A stretch of DNA of 62,178 nucleotides, filler included, from Choristocarpus tenellus KU-1152 (GCA_964200185.2; 10 parts of 10 records of this genome joined end to end with filler, not necessarily neighbours in it), one strand, 5' to 3'; counted from the first letter of the whole stretch, positions 13,734 through 26,098 are shown. The notes: a model not told the origin generated them from the sequence alone. Translations and numbers: made by a program.

Positions 13734-14652
13734 GTGGTTTCTAGAGAGGGGGTCAAGATAGTAGTATGCACCAACCACAAGCAGTGAGAGATGGTGCCCA
13801 TCAACAAGGAGTTGAATAGGAGGGTCTGTGAATAAATCAGTTCGTATCAGCACTACAGGAGTCACAAAATGACATGCGTTGTGTTTTCCAATTTTTTGTT
13901 GTCTGTCCGTTAAGAAAATTCTTTGTGGATGTGGGAAGATGTATGTACTCATTGAGTGTGTTGAATGCTGGACTTCCCTGTGTTTGTTAAGAACACAATA
14001 CAAGGTTGTTGTCACCATAGGAACGCCTTTTCTTTTTATAAAAATAAGTATCTTTGGGTAGAGCGAATGTGGAACGTGTACAGGTGATCTGTAGGTTGTT
14101 TGTGGAGTTGCCTGGTTGGTAAGGGTTAGGGGTGATACCGTCTGAGAGAAGGGGGGGGGNNNNNNNNNNNNNNNNNNNNNNNNNNNNNNNNNNNNNNNNN
14201 NNNTTAATTAATTAANNNNNNNNNNNNNNNNNNNNNNNNNNNNNNNNNNNNNNNNNNNNATAAGCAGGGGATGATCTTCCACAACCAAGCCCACCTTCGA
14301 CACCATAAGAGCCCCTGAATGAAGAGAAGGCGGGAGCGAGCGCATGGGTCCGGCATGCGTCAAACTTGACAGTGACAGCACACACATAATAATAGTACAA
14401 CGAGGGTGGAACGCAAGCCAAATAGCAAATGCAAAAATGCAAACAATAGAAAATCCTTAAATAGAAAGAAAGAAAGCAAAAAAAAAGTAGTGAAGACAAG
14501 TAACACCAGCATGCGATTCACGGACAATCAAACAAAGAACTACGAAGGACATGGGGGAGAAGAGCAAAAGACACAAAAGGAAATACAAGGTACGAAGAAG
14601 ATGAAACAACATGGGGAAAGCCAAAAAACAAGACACACGACAGAATCCGCAC

Positions 14653-16792
14653 CTCCTGAACGGCCTCCACCGTTTCCGATGGACACACAGGCGGACTGAT
14701 AACGGCCATGGCGGATTGCAATAGTCTCCCGCAATACACCCCGTATTTCAGCGCTGGCGAACTCTGCAACTCACCATGTAGGCAGTGTGATTGCATGGCC
14801 CATGGGTGGGTGTGGGGCACAAATAGCGTGATGGTGCCCTGAGGATTTATCTTCACCTGCAAGCACTTCATCACCTGGTGCAAGTGGGTGTTGGTCGCCT
14901 CTTCGTCGTTGAGGAGTCTTGGCTCGGCAGAGATGGACACTATGGCGAGCTTTGGCGAGTTGCAGAAGGCGAACTCTTTCAGGCTGTCTAAGGGTAGTGT
15001 CGGGTCCAGAGGGCGAAGGTCGTGTAGTGCAGTGTTCTCAGCCCAGGTTGGACATCACGACACATGACACAGTACACAGACAGCACGACAAGAAGGACAG
15101 CATCGTAAACAACGGTGCAGGCAAGTGTATCAATAAGTGAGGACCTGATAATATTTTCCCGGCATCCCCAAAATGTTAAGCCGTACCCTCCACAATACCA
15201 GACCCATCAGATACATCTCGTGGAAGGAGGGGAGACGTCAAACAGGTAAGTTCCATGGCCCATGGAAACCTCCAAAAAAATGCCATACCGAACGCACAAA
15301 GGACGAGCAATCCACATGATGTACAACCAGCCAAGACCCACGTGCAAACCAATGCGAAACCGAACGCGCAGAGACGACTTGTATGTCCGTATAATGTGCA
15401 ACCTCGCCAAGACCCACATGCACTTCTCCATGTCCGCCATTTCGCTGCGTGAGGGGGGACGTAAAAGGCTTTGCCTGCTGGGTGACCCGCCCGCGCTCCT
15501 TGCGTTACGTTACCCTTACCCTTGCCCCTGCCCCGACCTGCCGCTTCATTCCCCATCAGTTCAGTCCCTTCACTGCCCTCCTGTGCCATGGGGCAATTAA
15601 TACACAATCGATCCTTGTGCCTCTCGTCGCCCACAATCTCCACGTTGGCACATTCGCCCATGTGCGTGATGAAGCACTTTGGGCAGAATACTTGCCGCGT
15701 GTGGTATCGAACGAGAGCATCAAACAGACAGAACAGCATTTTTCCAAATCATTAATTAGGTGCAACAACGCAACTCGGGGATCCACGGCTACAAAGGACC
15801 ACGAAATTGGTGGCACAAAACAATACGAAGTACAGGTGAGATACAACAGTCGGTTGCAACATGCACTAACACGCTCGGTCTGTGGCAAACAAAGAGACCT
15901 GGGGGTAGCGACCGCAGAGCCACCCACAGAGGGACCCTGCAAGATCCACCGGTGTGGTGGCGAGCACTGCTGAAGCAAGATAACCTAGTTAGCCGTTCGG
16001 GCGATTGGATGAAAACCAATCTTACGCCATTAATTACCCGCCATCAACGTGTGCACCATTACAACTACATTACTCACCGAGATGTAGGTGGAGGATTTAA
16101 TTCAGTACAGCAAACGCCCGCATTCCACCCTCCATGGCCGTTTTGTTCTTCTTCCGCACCAGGAACGCTGTCAACAGAACCCCCCTCGCCCGTATCCTCC
16201 CTGCCTGACAGTCCGTCCCCTCCCTCGTCTTCGTCCCCTCCTTTGTGTTCACACCCTCCCTCGTCTTGTTTCTCACGACCACCTGATGCCAATCCGTTGT
16301 TGCTCTCGATGTCTGCGCCGCCACCATCACCGTCCCTCCCGCTGTGAACCTGATGGAGGTTGACCTGGTTGAGGACATCCTGGTATTTCCCATCCCAGGT
16401 GGTGAGGTAAGCGCGTAGAGTCGAGTCCTTCTCGAGCATCTGGTGGTGGACACGGCGGAGAACGTTGTTGAGGAGAGGAGGGGACGATGGTGACGTAAAA
16501 AATGGGAGAGTGTAATGGAAGAACGATAGCATGTCAATCGAACCGAGCAAACGATACAGTTGACGTGGTGAACGCGTCTAATGGAAGCGGCTTGCGGGAC
16601 GAAATAGTTTGAAAGAAGTCAATGTCAAGGACGCCAGCCTGTCTGTCGGTTATGACAGTGACACGTGTTGGAGGCGGAAACGAGGTGGAGATTGACCAAG
16701 ATCTTGCCCAGAGTTGAAGGCAACGGTTGGCTATTCCCGCTATTAGCAATGAAGCCGAGATATGACAAAACAGCATCGTTTGTTGTAGGGAA
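14653..16792 (-). pseudogene. Degenerate element with SWIM-like, PHD-like and possible Ulp1-like segments (putative Mutator/MULE relic)
   Basis: On the minus strand: ILVNLHLVSASNTCHCHNRQTGWRP*H (~16710-16625); CSVC..frameshift..CPKCFITHMGEC..LCINC (~15745-15590); LLNDEEATNTHL (~14920). Stops and frameshifts present. Motif-level inference only. Confidence 0.3.
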
Positions 16793-16892
16793 NNNNNNNN
16801 NNNNNNNNNNNNNNNNNNNNNNNNNNNNNNNNNNNNTTAATTAATTAANNNNNNNNNNNNNNNNNNNNNNNNNNNNNNNNNNNNNNNNNNNN

Positions 16893-17061
16893 TTAGGAAG
16901 TGTCAATATCCTTGTTCCGGACATACCTTTTCATGACGTGCACATTTTACATACCCTGAAACATTTTGGAGTAGGAAAATGAAATAAAAAGAGACCATCA
17001 GAAGGCAAGTCCCAAATGGACAAACAGGGAAAAACTCGTACCCTCTAAGACACTTTCACTC
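16893..17061 (-). mobile_element. MITE family A, partial copy
   Basis: Reverse complement of 19825-19995; ends ACCCTCTAAGACACTTTCACTC. Confidence 0.85.
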
Positions 17062-17487
17062 ACCTGCTGCAACAGTTCATACCAGCAGTAGTACCAAGGA
17101 GAAGTCAGTGACACGAAAAGGTTTTAAGAAGACAACCTATACAACGCCAACCAAAGGAGGTAGTGAGGGGGGTACTATAAACACCCAACCTCATACGAGT
17201 CCCGCGTCTATGTCTGTAGACAGAGGCATCCCTGGTGGCTCGCTAGAGCAGGAAGGGATGGCGGCGCAGAGGCTGAGAGAAGGCCCTGCCCGTAATCCGG
17301 GCCTGAACCGGTACAGTGTGTTAGGAGAAGACCATGAAGAGAAAGGCGAAGACAATGCGGCAGTGACATATGACATCCAGACATACATGAACCGCCAATT
17401 CGTCTATGCCAAGAAGATTGTTGATGAAGCAGTGGAGGGGACTCCGCACGATAAAGATTTGACTGCTGCGGCTAGCAAACGCTGAAT

Positions 17488-18327
17488 ATGAAGATGAGTA
17501 ATTCGTTTGCAGATTCAACCAACCCGCCTGCTTCTGATTACCCCCACGGAAACCCAATAGTTGTGAAATATCCCTCGCACAAGGATTTAACCCCAACGAT
17601 GCATTTTTGGGACGTTCTAGAGCAAGGTTGTCCCCCAGTAGCCAACTTTGGGAAGTTACTCATGATCTTCAAGAATCGAGTAGGCGCTATTGCTATGGTG
17701 AATAAATCGTCAGTGGAAGCAAACCAGATTGCTACATACGGACAAATTCTTGGAGATATGTGTATGCGCCTTTTCCAACATCAAATTCCTAGAGGTACCA
17801 GTCCTGACCAAGTAAGTGTTCGATCGTTTTATAAAACTTTGAATGTAGCCTCTTGGGAGGAATTTGTGGCGGCAAGCCTGAAGGAATTTTCCGCAAATCC
17901 TTTGGACAGAACCTTCCCTGATATTTGGCAGGAACCGAAGGAGGATGTTCGGACGTTTGCAAGACGGGCAATTGAGTCAATCGATTCCTTTGTACGTGAG
18001 TTGAGAGTCAACCCACATGACAGGTGTGACCTCGACCCCGTTGATCTGACCCCCACCGCCCTGATTTCCCTTCTCACGGACAGACTCCAACACTGCGCGT
18101 TCAATGTCGGTATATTACCTGCTATTCTAGGAGTTTTGCATTCAAGCCCCCAGCGTTACGAGAACTTCGTAGCACTGGTTGATGCTGCGGTTGGCCAAGC
18201 ATCTGCCATGTCGAGTCTAGACGGAGGATCGTTTGCTCATGTTGTGACCTCCAACATATCCGTCGATAACTTGGGATATTTACACCCAATGGATTACGAC
18301 CCTCTGACCTTGGACCGCTTTGACTGA
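17488..18327 (+). pseudogene. gag: gag-like ORF of the gypsy element
   Basis: 279-aa ORF upstream of the protease, with a Q-x3-E-x-V-x2-F gag-like motif (QEPKEDVRTFARR). Confidence 0.55.
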
Positions 18328-18527
18328 GGCAGAGACTCTTGCAGGCGATCTGGATTTGGGCTAACACAGAAATCCGCCAATTGAAAGCGAAGAGACGTAC
18401 TCACGGGTCTGATTAATCTACGCGATCATTCCCCTCAACCTTTTCCGAGCCCTCTGATTCCCGCCCAGTGTGCGATTTAGAAGGTTGTAGTGCGAGATCG
18501 AGGCGTGGACATGCGACGGAAGATTGT

Positions 18528-18651
18528 TGGGCCAGAAGAAGTGAACTTAGATTATCCATCCGATGCATGCAACCAAATCACCCAAAAATCACGACATGTA
18601 AAAATGGGCCCTGAATGGACAGCCGCCACCCCCCCTCAGATACTTCGAGCC
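18528..18651 (+). mobile_element. MITE family B, partial copy inside the gypsy element
   Basis: Shares TTATCCATCCGA..CAACCAAATCACCCAAAA..ATGGACAGCCGCCACCCCCC..AGATACTT with 50734-50910 and 57659-57838. Confidence 0.8.
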
Positions 18652-18892
18652 TCAGCACACCAAACGTTGCCACAAGCAGGACATGTAACAACTGTTGCAT
18701 CTGCTCTTTCTTTTTCCCCACAACCGTTTTTGGGCGTGTGTAACATTTCTTATACACCTCAAATGTGTTGTTCCACTTTTTCATACTGTTGGCACACATC
18801 AGCAATCCAACACTATTCTAACTCCCCTCGCATGCTCAATGTTTCATCTCGCTGTGTAAAAATTCCTGAGTATGTTGAAAATTAACCTTTAA

Positions 18893-21800
18893 TAAATATT
18901 GCTGTTGATACTGCTACTGACATTCCAGTGATATCTCTCAGATACATTGAAGCCCACCCAACACTGCGCAAGGCACCCATTCGAGAGATTCCAGCAGGCG
19001 CTCTGAAATTAAAAAGGAGCAGGTGGTAGACCTCTCTCTGTTAATGGTTTCATTCAATTCACACTACAACTTGATGATATATCAATGCCTGTCCAAGCAG
19101 TGGTCATACCTAATCTGGGAGTAGATAACATTTTGTAGGATAGCATTATGTCGGCATTTGGGGCAGTGCTAGATTGGGATAGAGAGGAGATGTCGTTTAA
19201 AGATAGTGATCAATGCATCCCAGCAAAACACAAAATTGTACCCCTTCCCATCTGTTCCCCCCCAAATGTTTTTTGCCAGACTGGAAATGCATCTCATTTT
19301 TGAATTTCAGTAATCACATCTGAATTTACTACACCAGTGCACACAGTTAAAACAATATTCCTTCCCCCTGGCACGGAAATGCTTGTTGCAGTTTGTTCTC
19401 AGGAACTTCGAGGAACAGCTACCGATGCAGTGGTAGAACCTATCATTTACACTGGCACAGACCTCCAGCATGAGGACGACATACATCCCCCCTGGCATCA
19501 CATAATGGTCAGTCGAACCCTCTCTGTTTGGGAAGAAGATGGAGGATGTCTTGTCAAAATTGCCAATCTGTGTCAAAAAGGGATCAAGTTACCAGCAAAA
19601 TTTGTAGTTGGTCATATTTCCACTGTTTTAAAAACATATGCCCTGTCAGATACCAGAGTAAGTGTAGTTGCAGCCACACCATCTACCCCCGAAGAACTGA
19701 AACAAGCTAGGGAGGAATTGCAGTTGTTTTTTTCTAAGAAGGCTTTTACAAATACTCAACTGACACTGCCTGAACAAAAGGAATTACTAGATATAATAGC
19801 TAAATTCAGACCAGTCTTTTCATTGAGTGAAACTATCTTAGAGGGTACGAGTCTTGCCCTGTTTGTCCATTTGGAGCTTGACTTCCCTAGGGTTTTTATG
19901 TCATTTTCCCACTCCAAAACAATTTCGGAGTAGGTAAAATGTATATACATTTATTTGGAAAAGGTGTGTCCAGAACAAGGATATTGACACTTCCTAACAA
20001 ACACGATATCCAAAATTCCATCGAAACTGCAACATTTAATTTTGATCCCCAAGTGGAGGCGGCTCTACCCTCTAAGATACTTTGGCTCCCTTGTCCGAAA
20101 AAGAATTAGGTTGCTGCACCACTACTTCTGTTGAGTTGTGACTACAACCAGGCACTAAACCAACTAGTAGACCACCGTATCGCGCGGCACCGAAAATACG
20201 CGAAACTACTCGACAATTTGTAACTGATATGGAGAAACAGGGTATTATAAAAACCCTCATCTAGCCCATGGGCATCCCCTGTTACCATTGTTGCCAAACC
20301 TAATGGATCACCACGATTCTGTGTGGATTTTAGAGGAACCATAAATAAACATTTGATACGTAATTCATGTCCTTTACCATCCATGGATGAGTGTTTATCC
20401 ACGTTGGGGGGTTCAAGATATTTATCTTGTTTAGATATCCAATCAGCCTACTCGCAACTATCGATATCTGATGAATGCGAACGACAAAAAACTGACTTCA
20501 TCATGCCGGATGGGAAATATGAGTTTCAGAGGTTACCATTTGAAGTACAAAATGCACCGTGGATCTTCCAACGCTCTATGTCTGAAACCGTTTCCAGTAT
20601 CGGTCCCAGCTCAGGGTTGTTGGTATATGTAGACGATATTGTTTTGGCCTCTCTCCATCATGGACACACCATAAACAATTGATCACTAGGGTTTTCTTAA
20701 TGTTACAAGAATGTAGGGATTACGTTAAAGTCATCCAAGGCTCAATTTGGCTCAAAACAAATCCATTATTTGGGACATGATATTAGCCCACAAGGAATTG
20801 CTGTATAGCTTCAACACGTTTTTTGGGGGGTTTGATGAAACTTTGTTAGGAAGTATATTCCTCACCTAGCAACAGCAACAGAACCGTTGGTTGAATTGAT
20901 TCGCCATACACAGAAAGGAAATTCACAAAAAGAGAACACCTCAGTAAAACGAGCAAAGAAAGACTACAGGGATATCTCATCTAGATGGAATCGACCACAG
21001 CAGACTGCTTTTGACGAAATGCAAACGGCTTTTATCTAGGGCTCCAGTGCTACAATTTCCTGATTTTTCTAAGGATTTTTCTATTCATGTAGATGCCAGT
21101 ACTGTTGGGACAGGGGCGTTTTTAGCACATAAAAATGATGATGACAATTTTGATATAATTGCATACCATAGTGCCTTACTTTCCCCCTCCCAACGTAAAT
21201 ATTCTGCCACACAAAAGGAGTGCCTTGCAGTTATTCTGGCAATCCAACATTGGAGACCATATATTTGGGGTAAACATTTCACAGTTATTACTGACCATTC
21301 AGCCTTACGGTGGCTGCATACGATGCAAGATACGTCCAATCTGTTAACTCGATGGGCTTTAGCTTTGCAAGGTTTTAATTTTACCGTCTTTCATAAGCCT
21401 GGCAGATTACATTACGTCCCAAATATGTTGTCAAGTCCTCAACTGGAAGAATTTTGTAAACAAGAATCTGAACCAGCACCCCTAATCCCTATATGTAGAA
21501 ATGTGGGCACAAGAACCACTGATGCAAGTTCTCAAACACCTGTTGTATATCGCGTAAAACGCTTGGAAGATCGACGGTAAGTGACAGTTCATCTGGCCCG
21601 ACTTAAACCCTATAAGGAGGGCAGAGACACAGAGCCAGATATAGAAGTCCTTAATTCACTCCTTTTAGGCCGGGTCTTACCTGAACCGGATCTTGATCAG
21701 GGGTCAAAGACACAGCCTACTATTGTATCTTACAATGTAGAGGGCATTGTTGATCATAAACGTGGGGTAGGAAGAAAGACCACCAGCAATTATTTCTTCC

Positions 21801-21900
21801 ACCAGCTTCGCTTTCAAGGATATTCACCGGCCAGTGATGTATGGCGCAAACCCACCAAAATACCTTAATGTGCAGAGATGATCGCAGCCTATAGAGATGA
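18893..21900 (+). pseudogene. pol: Disrupted pol (protease, RT, RNase H, integrase C-terminus, chromodomain)
   Basis: ORF fragments 19337-19933, 20323-20682 (YVDD), 21011-21580 (RNase H) and 21581-21868 (YNVEGIVDHK..RFQGYSPASDVW chromodomain). Confidence 0.88.
19825..20088 (+). mobile_element. MITE family A, full-length 264 bp, inserted in gypsy pol
   Basis: Imperfect 23-bp TIR GAGTGAAACTATCTTAGAGGGTA / TACCCTCTAAGATACTTTGGCTC. Flanks CATT/CCTT (4-bp TSD, 1 mismatch). Excision restores RPVFSLSEKELGCC. Confidence 0.88.
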
Positions 21901-22831
21901 GAACAAGTTGGACCTCCCTATTGTAAGAGCCACTGACCAAGCGACTTGTCATAATCAAAAGACACCTGCCACTACAACAGCCGAAGAACTCGTAATACCT
22001 CCAACCGGACGTCCACCGAATAGCAACCAAGCCTCCTCTAATACTTGTGACAACCCTCCTTGTGGACCGGAAAGTGCGATGAATTCCTCGATTTTAGTGG
22101 GTTGCCGGCCTGGTGAGTTGCCACCAGATTCCGCAGATGGAGAAGATGTTTCTTTTTCACTACCAAGATGGCGGAAGCAACGCCAATAGATTCTTGAAGA
22201 CCATACCTAGGCTCAGTCTGGGTGGTATTTTCAAAGCTGATGTAGTTAGCGACTTGAGTCTCGCGAAGTAGAAAGACTGCTCTCATCCGGAAACAAACAC
22301 AGGTTGGTCCTATCTGTGAGAAGCATGCATACCTTTCAAAATATTATTCACCTCAGGTATTATATTTTACCTCATTTGTAAACAAACTGTGCACATATAA
22401 TAAGAATAAACAGTCCAACTTACTGGTTGTCCAAGCACCTCGGAGGCAAGTTGTTGAACAAGACGTGATAGTAAGGGATGATGAGTTTGACCCACCCTTG
22501 ACACTATCCCCATAACACTCCCCAATAGATGACTTGATGCACAAAAGCTGTGGTGATACTGAGCTTCATTTACTCGGATGGCCAGGAGGCACGTAGGAGA
22601 CAGGCAGGTTCATGCCATTTTCCTCACTGCGCTTTCCACCTGTTAATACAGATTTCACTTGGACTAGAGTGCGACCTAGGGCTGATCACCACTAGTGCTC
22701 CACCTTTTATTTTTCTACCCTGAGTTGATACAACCAGGATGTTTCATTTTTTTTTCATCCCAAAGATGAACCTGTCCCACATGAAGTGCTGGCCAGCCAC
22801 GTTTGTGTTCGTGTCGGATAGTATCCACACT

Positions 22832-22920
22832 GGGGGGGAGGCAATGTCAGGGACAGGCTCCTTTTTTGGGATCTCCGACACACACACTTGTGCATAAGAC
22901 GCGCGGTCATATACAATTGC
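22832..22920 (+). repeat. Polypurine tract and start of 3' LTR (TG at 22845)
   Basis: GGGGGGGAGGCAA is immediately followed by TGTCAGG downstream of pol. The 5' LTR is not in this contig, so it cannot be confirmed. Confidence 0.6.
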
Positions 22921-23571
22921 NNNNNNNNNNNNNNNNNNNNNNNNNNNNNNNNNNNNNNNNNNNNTTAATTAATTAANNNNNNNNNNNNNNNNNNNNNNNN
23001 NNNNNNNNNNNNNNNNNNNNGTGATGATGTGAACATTATCCTATTTCCCCCGCGCTATCCCCTCTCCTCCCCCCTTTACAATGTTGATATTCTTTCCTGT
23101 CCCCTTTCAGGACTGAGTTACACCTATGCATATTCTCATAGCATGTGAATGGGAAGGATTGTATTTTGTGATGTTTCTATTTTTATTTTTGTGGTGGATT
23201 ACAGTATCAAAACAGCAGGTTGAAGTTGAAGTTGGACTGGCTGCGATTGTGGTTGATGATATGCCTTGTATAGTTAAGAACTAAGCCTCTTCTGTTGCAC
23301 TAAGAAAAAAAACAATAAATATTCAGGGATTTTCTGGATCGGTTATTGGTGAACTGTTCAATATTGAGTCGAATATTGTCTTGTTTCAGATACGCTACTT
23401 ACATATACTCTGAACTTAGGGGGTTTGGGTTAGGGTTAGGGTTTGGTTTTGGTTTTGGTTTGTTGTTAGGCTTTCCCATCTGTTCATGCATGCATGGGAA
23501 TAGACACACACACGTACTCAAAACACCGACCCTGATGCCCTTTGCTGAGGTCGAATCAAGTTTACAGTATG

Positions 23572-23607
<36 letters not shown>

Positions 23608-23912
23608 GAAAAAAAGGGTTGGGGGGGGGGGGGGGGAGGTGTTTGCCCTGGGGGGGGGTGGGGTGGGCTGGCGGGGGGTGGGGGGCGCGTGTGGCGGGGG
23701 GGTAGATGGGCTGTGTACATAAACGTACTGGTGTGTACGTGAGCTAGGTTTAGACCATCGTGGGATGGGTTAGTTTTACTGGTGTCTATAGGGTGCTGAG
23801 TGAATGAATGAAATCAGTGTGACATGGAACCAGATGTGTGTGTGTACTAATATTGGGTACTAACCCTAACCCTAACCCTAACCCCATTGTGTTGTTGCCT
23901 CTTGGTCCATAG

Positions 23913-25022
23913 GTGACTATGGAAGAAGTGCGGGGTTTGGAGTTGGCGTTGGAGTTAATTGACCAGCAGGCCGCATCAGCTATCAGGAGTCGGTTCTCCA
24001 CAGAACCTCAGCTTCTCACATCTCTCTTGACTCCTGGGGGTCAAGTCAACCATAGCCTGCTGAGGTCAGTCGGGAATTGGATGGAGAGGGGCTAAGTTCT
24101 GGTCTTTTTGCAAGGAATCTTCCTTCACTCTTTCACAGGATTCTCGCAAGAAGCCTTGAATTGAAGCGCCTTCCATGCTGATGCTATTAATCTCTCTTTT
24201 ATCCGTTATATTGATATCTTGCTGAAGCTCAGGTATAGCATGGAAGGCTTTTTGCGAGAATCCTATGGTTGTGTTGGCAAAGCATGCTAATGCGATGCGA
24301 GTGATGTGCTGACTCTTGACTAGTTTGACAGGATATAGATATAGTGAATATAGTGAGGTGTGAGCCGTAACTTGCATATCATTTTTTAACTAGCCCTATT
24401 TTCTTATTTTCTTAGCACTACGCATACAGTCCCCACTAATCACAACTTTGACACCTTGATGTTTGCGCAGGTCCCTAGCACAGCAGGCCCTCACAACGCC
24501 TCCCCAAGTCCTGTTGAACCAACCCCTACAACCTGTAGTCCAGCAACCTTCACCTGCAGCAGAGAGCTCTCCTTTGCCCCATCAGGCACCACAGTACCAC
24601 CAGCCTCAACACCAGCAGTCCCCACAGGCCCATCTTAGTCAACAATCCTTGCCACAGGATGCACTACCAATCCCCCCACCGCCNNNNNNNNNNGACGATC
24701 CTTGCCGATGGTGCAGGGGCAGGGGCAGGGTTTCCAAGAACAAAGTGGTGGTGGGCAGGGTTCAGAGTTCACTTCGTACCAACAGGGTATTGGGGTGGTA
24801 CCTGCTCCAGGGCAGGGACTGGGACTGGGACTGAGTTATGGTGGAACTTCAGGAGAAATACAAGGGCAGAGGCAAGTGATGCCACAACAAGCATCTCCAC
24901 CGCCTGCACCACCTGCACCACCTGCGCCTCCCATTGTATTGGGAGTACCCTCACAGCAGCCACCACTCTATCAGGGAGAGGAGGGAGGGGCTGACACCCT
25001 GCAAGGAGGTTTGCAGCATCAA

Positions 25023-25099
<77 letters not shown>

Positions 25100-25817
25100 T
25101 CAGGTTTGTGGATTTTGTGTGTGTTTGTATAGAATACCAGTATAGCTTCCATTGTTCGCATACTACATGTTCATTGAATTCAACAAGCTTGCCTTTCCAT
25201 GTGCCTACCTCATTTCCACCTCCCGCATTGCCTCCCCTGTATTTTGTGTTGTCCTAGCAGGGGCTATCAGGAGGCGAGTTGTACCAATCAAGTGGGCAGG
25301 CTCTTCCTCCACCTCCACCTCCTCCCCCTCCCCCTCGTGTATTCCCACCCCAGCAGCAGCAACAGTATTTGCACACACCCGTCATGGCCAATTCTGGTGG
25401 AGAACAGGACACAATGCACAGAGTCGGAATGGGCAACCCTCCTCTTGATGTAGAGGATTTATCTCACAGAGACGGGGGGATGATCAGCAGTGGTATCCAG
25501 GGGGCAAGAGGTGTTGGCAACATAGCCCCAAGTGAGTGGAGGGAAGAGTGGCAGACAGGTGGGATGGTCCCTGCAGGGCCACCCCCAGAAGGGCATAACA
25601 ACCCCAGGGTTGAAGGGGAATGGGAGGGTGTCAAGGAATGGGAGGATGACCGTCCAACTCATAGGGATGTTGGTGGGAGTGGTATTGAACCCAATGACTG
25701 GGTAAGGGGTGGAAATGAGTCTGGCAGGGGGGGAGGGGATGGTCATCTACAGTGGGAGGCCGAGGACCCTCAGCATGGTGCTAGAGGCAGAGGGGATGAA
25801 TGGGGAGTTGGAGGGGG
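23913..25817 (+). CDS. Internal exons of a Gln/Pro/Gly-rich low-complexity protein (polyQ), function unknown
   Basis: Exons 23913-24064 (phase 2), 24471-25103 (contains a 10-N gap) and 25258/25261 to contig end. GT-AG sites are phase-consistent; CAG/CAA run at ~25020-25097. Confidence 0.7.
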
Positions 25818-25920
25818 NNNNNNNNNNNNNNNNNNNNNNNNNNNNNNNNNNNNNNNNNNNNTTAATTAATTAANNNNNNNNNNNNNNNNNNNNNNNNNNN
25901 NNNNNNNNNNNNNNNNNAAC

Positions 25921-26098
25921 GGCCCAAATTATCTGGGGGGGGGGGGGATCTACACCAGGGTGTCCATCTGGGCCATAACCAGGAAAAGTGCACTTACATT
26001 ATCCTTCCGACGTATGCAACCAAATCATCCAAAAATCGTGACATGAAATATTGGCCTCAAATGGACAGCCAACCCCACACCCCCAGATACTTTGAACC
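25921..26098 (+). mobile_element. MITE family B copy
   Basis: TIR GGCCCAAATTATCTGGGGG / CCCCCAGATACTTTGAACC with the family B internal sequence. Confidence 0.82.

Larger units (their letters stand above)
17062..22920 (+). mobile_element. Decayed Ty3/gypsy LTR retrotransposon with chromodomain, integrase core deleted
   Basis: Order: gag-like ORFs 17108-18327; protease AVDTA (~18907); RT (SPWASP..RFCVDFR..LDIQSAY..YVDD, ~20150-20800); RNase H (VDAS..ECLA..TDH, 21011-21430); VHLARLKPY; chromodomain; PPT; LTR start. Many stops and frameshifts. Confidence 0.92.

Noticed and set aside
15176-16363. Many overlapping ORFs on both strands as separate genes
   Set aside because: GC-rich sequence yields shadow ORFs; only minus-strand motifs are suggestive.
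23573-23702. Poly-G tract or Gly-rich ORF
   Set aside because: Low-complexity homopolymer, possibly low-quality sequence; no coding evidence.
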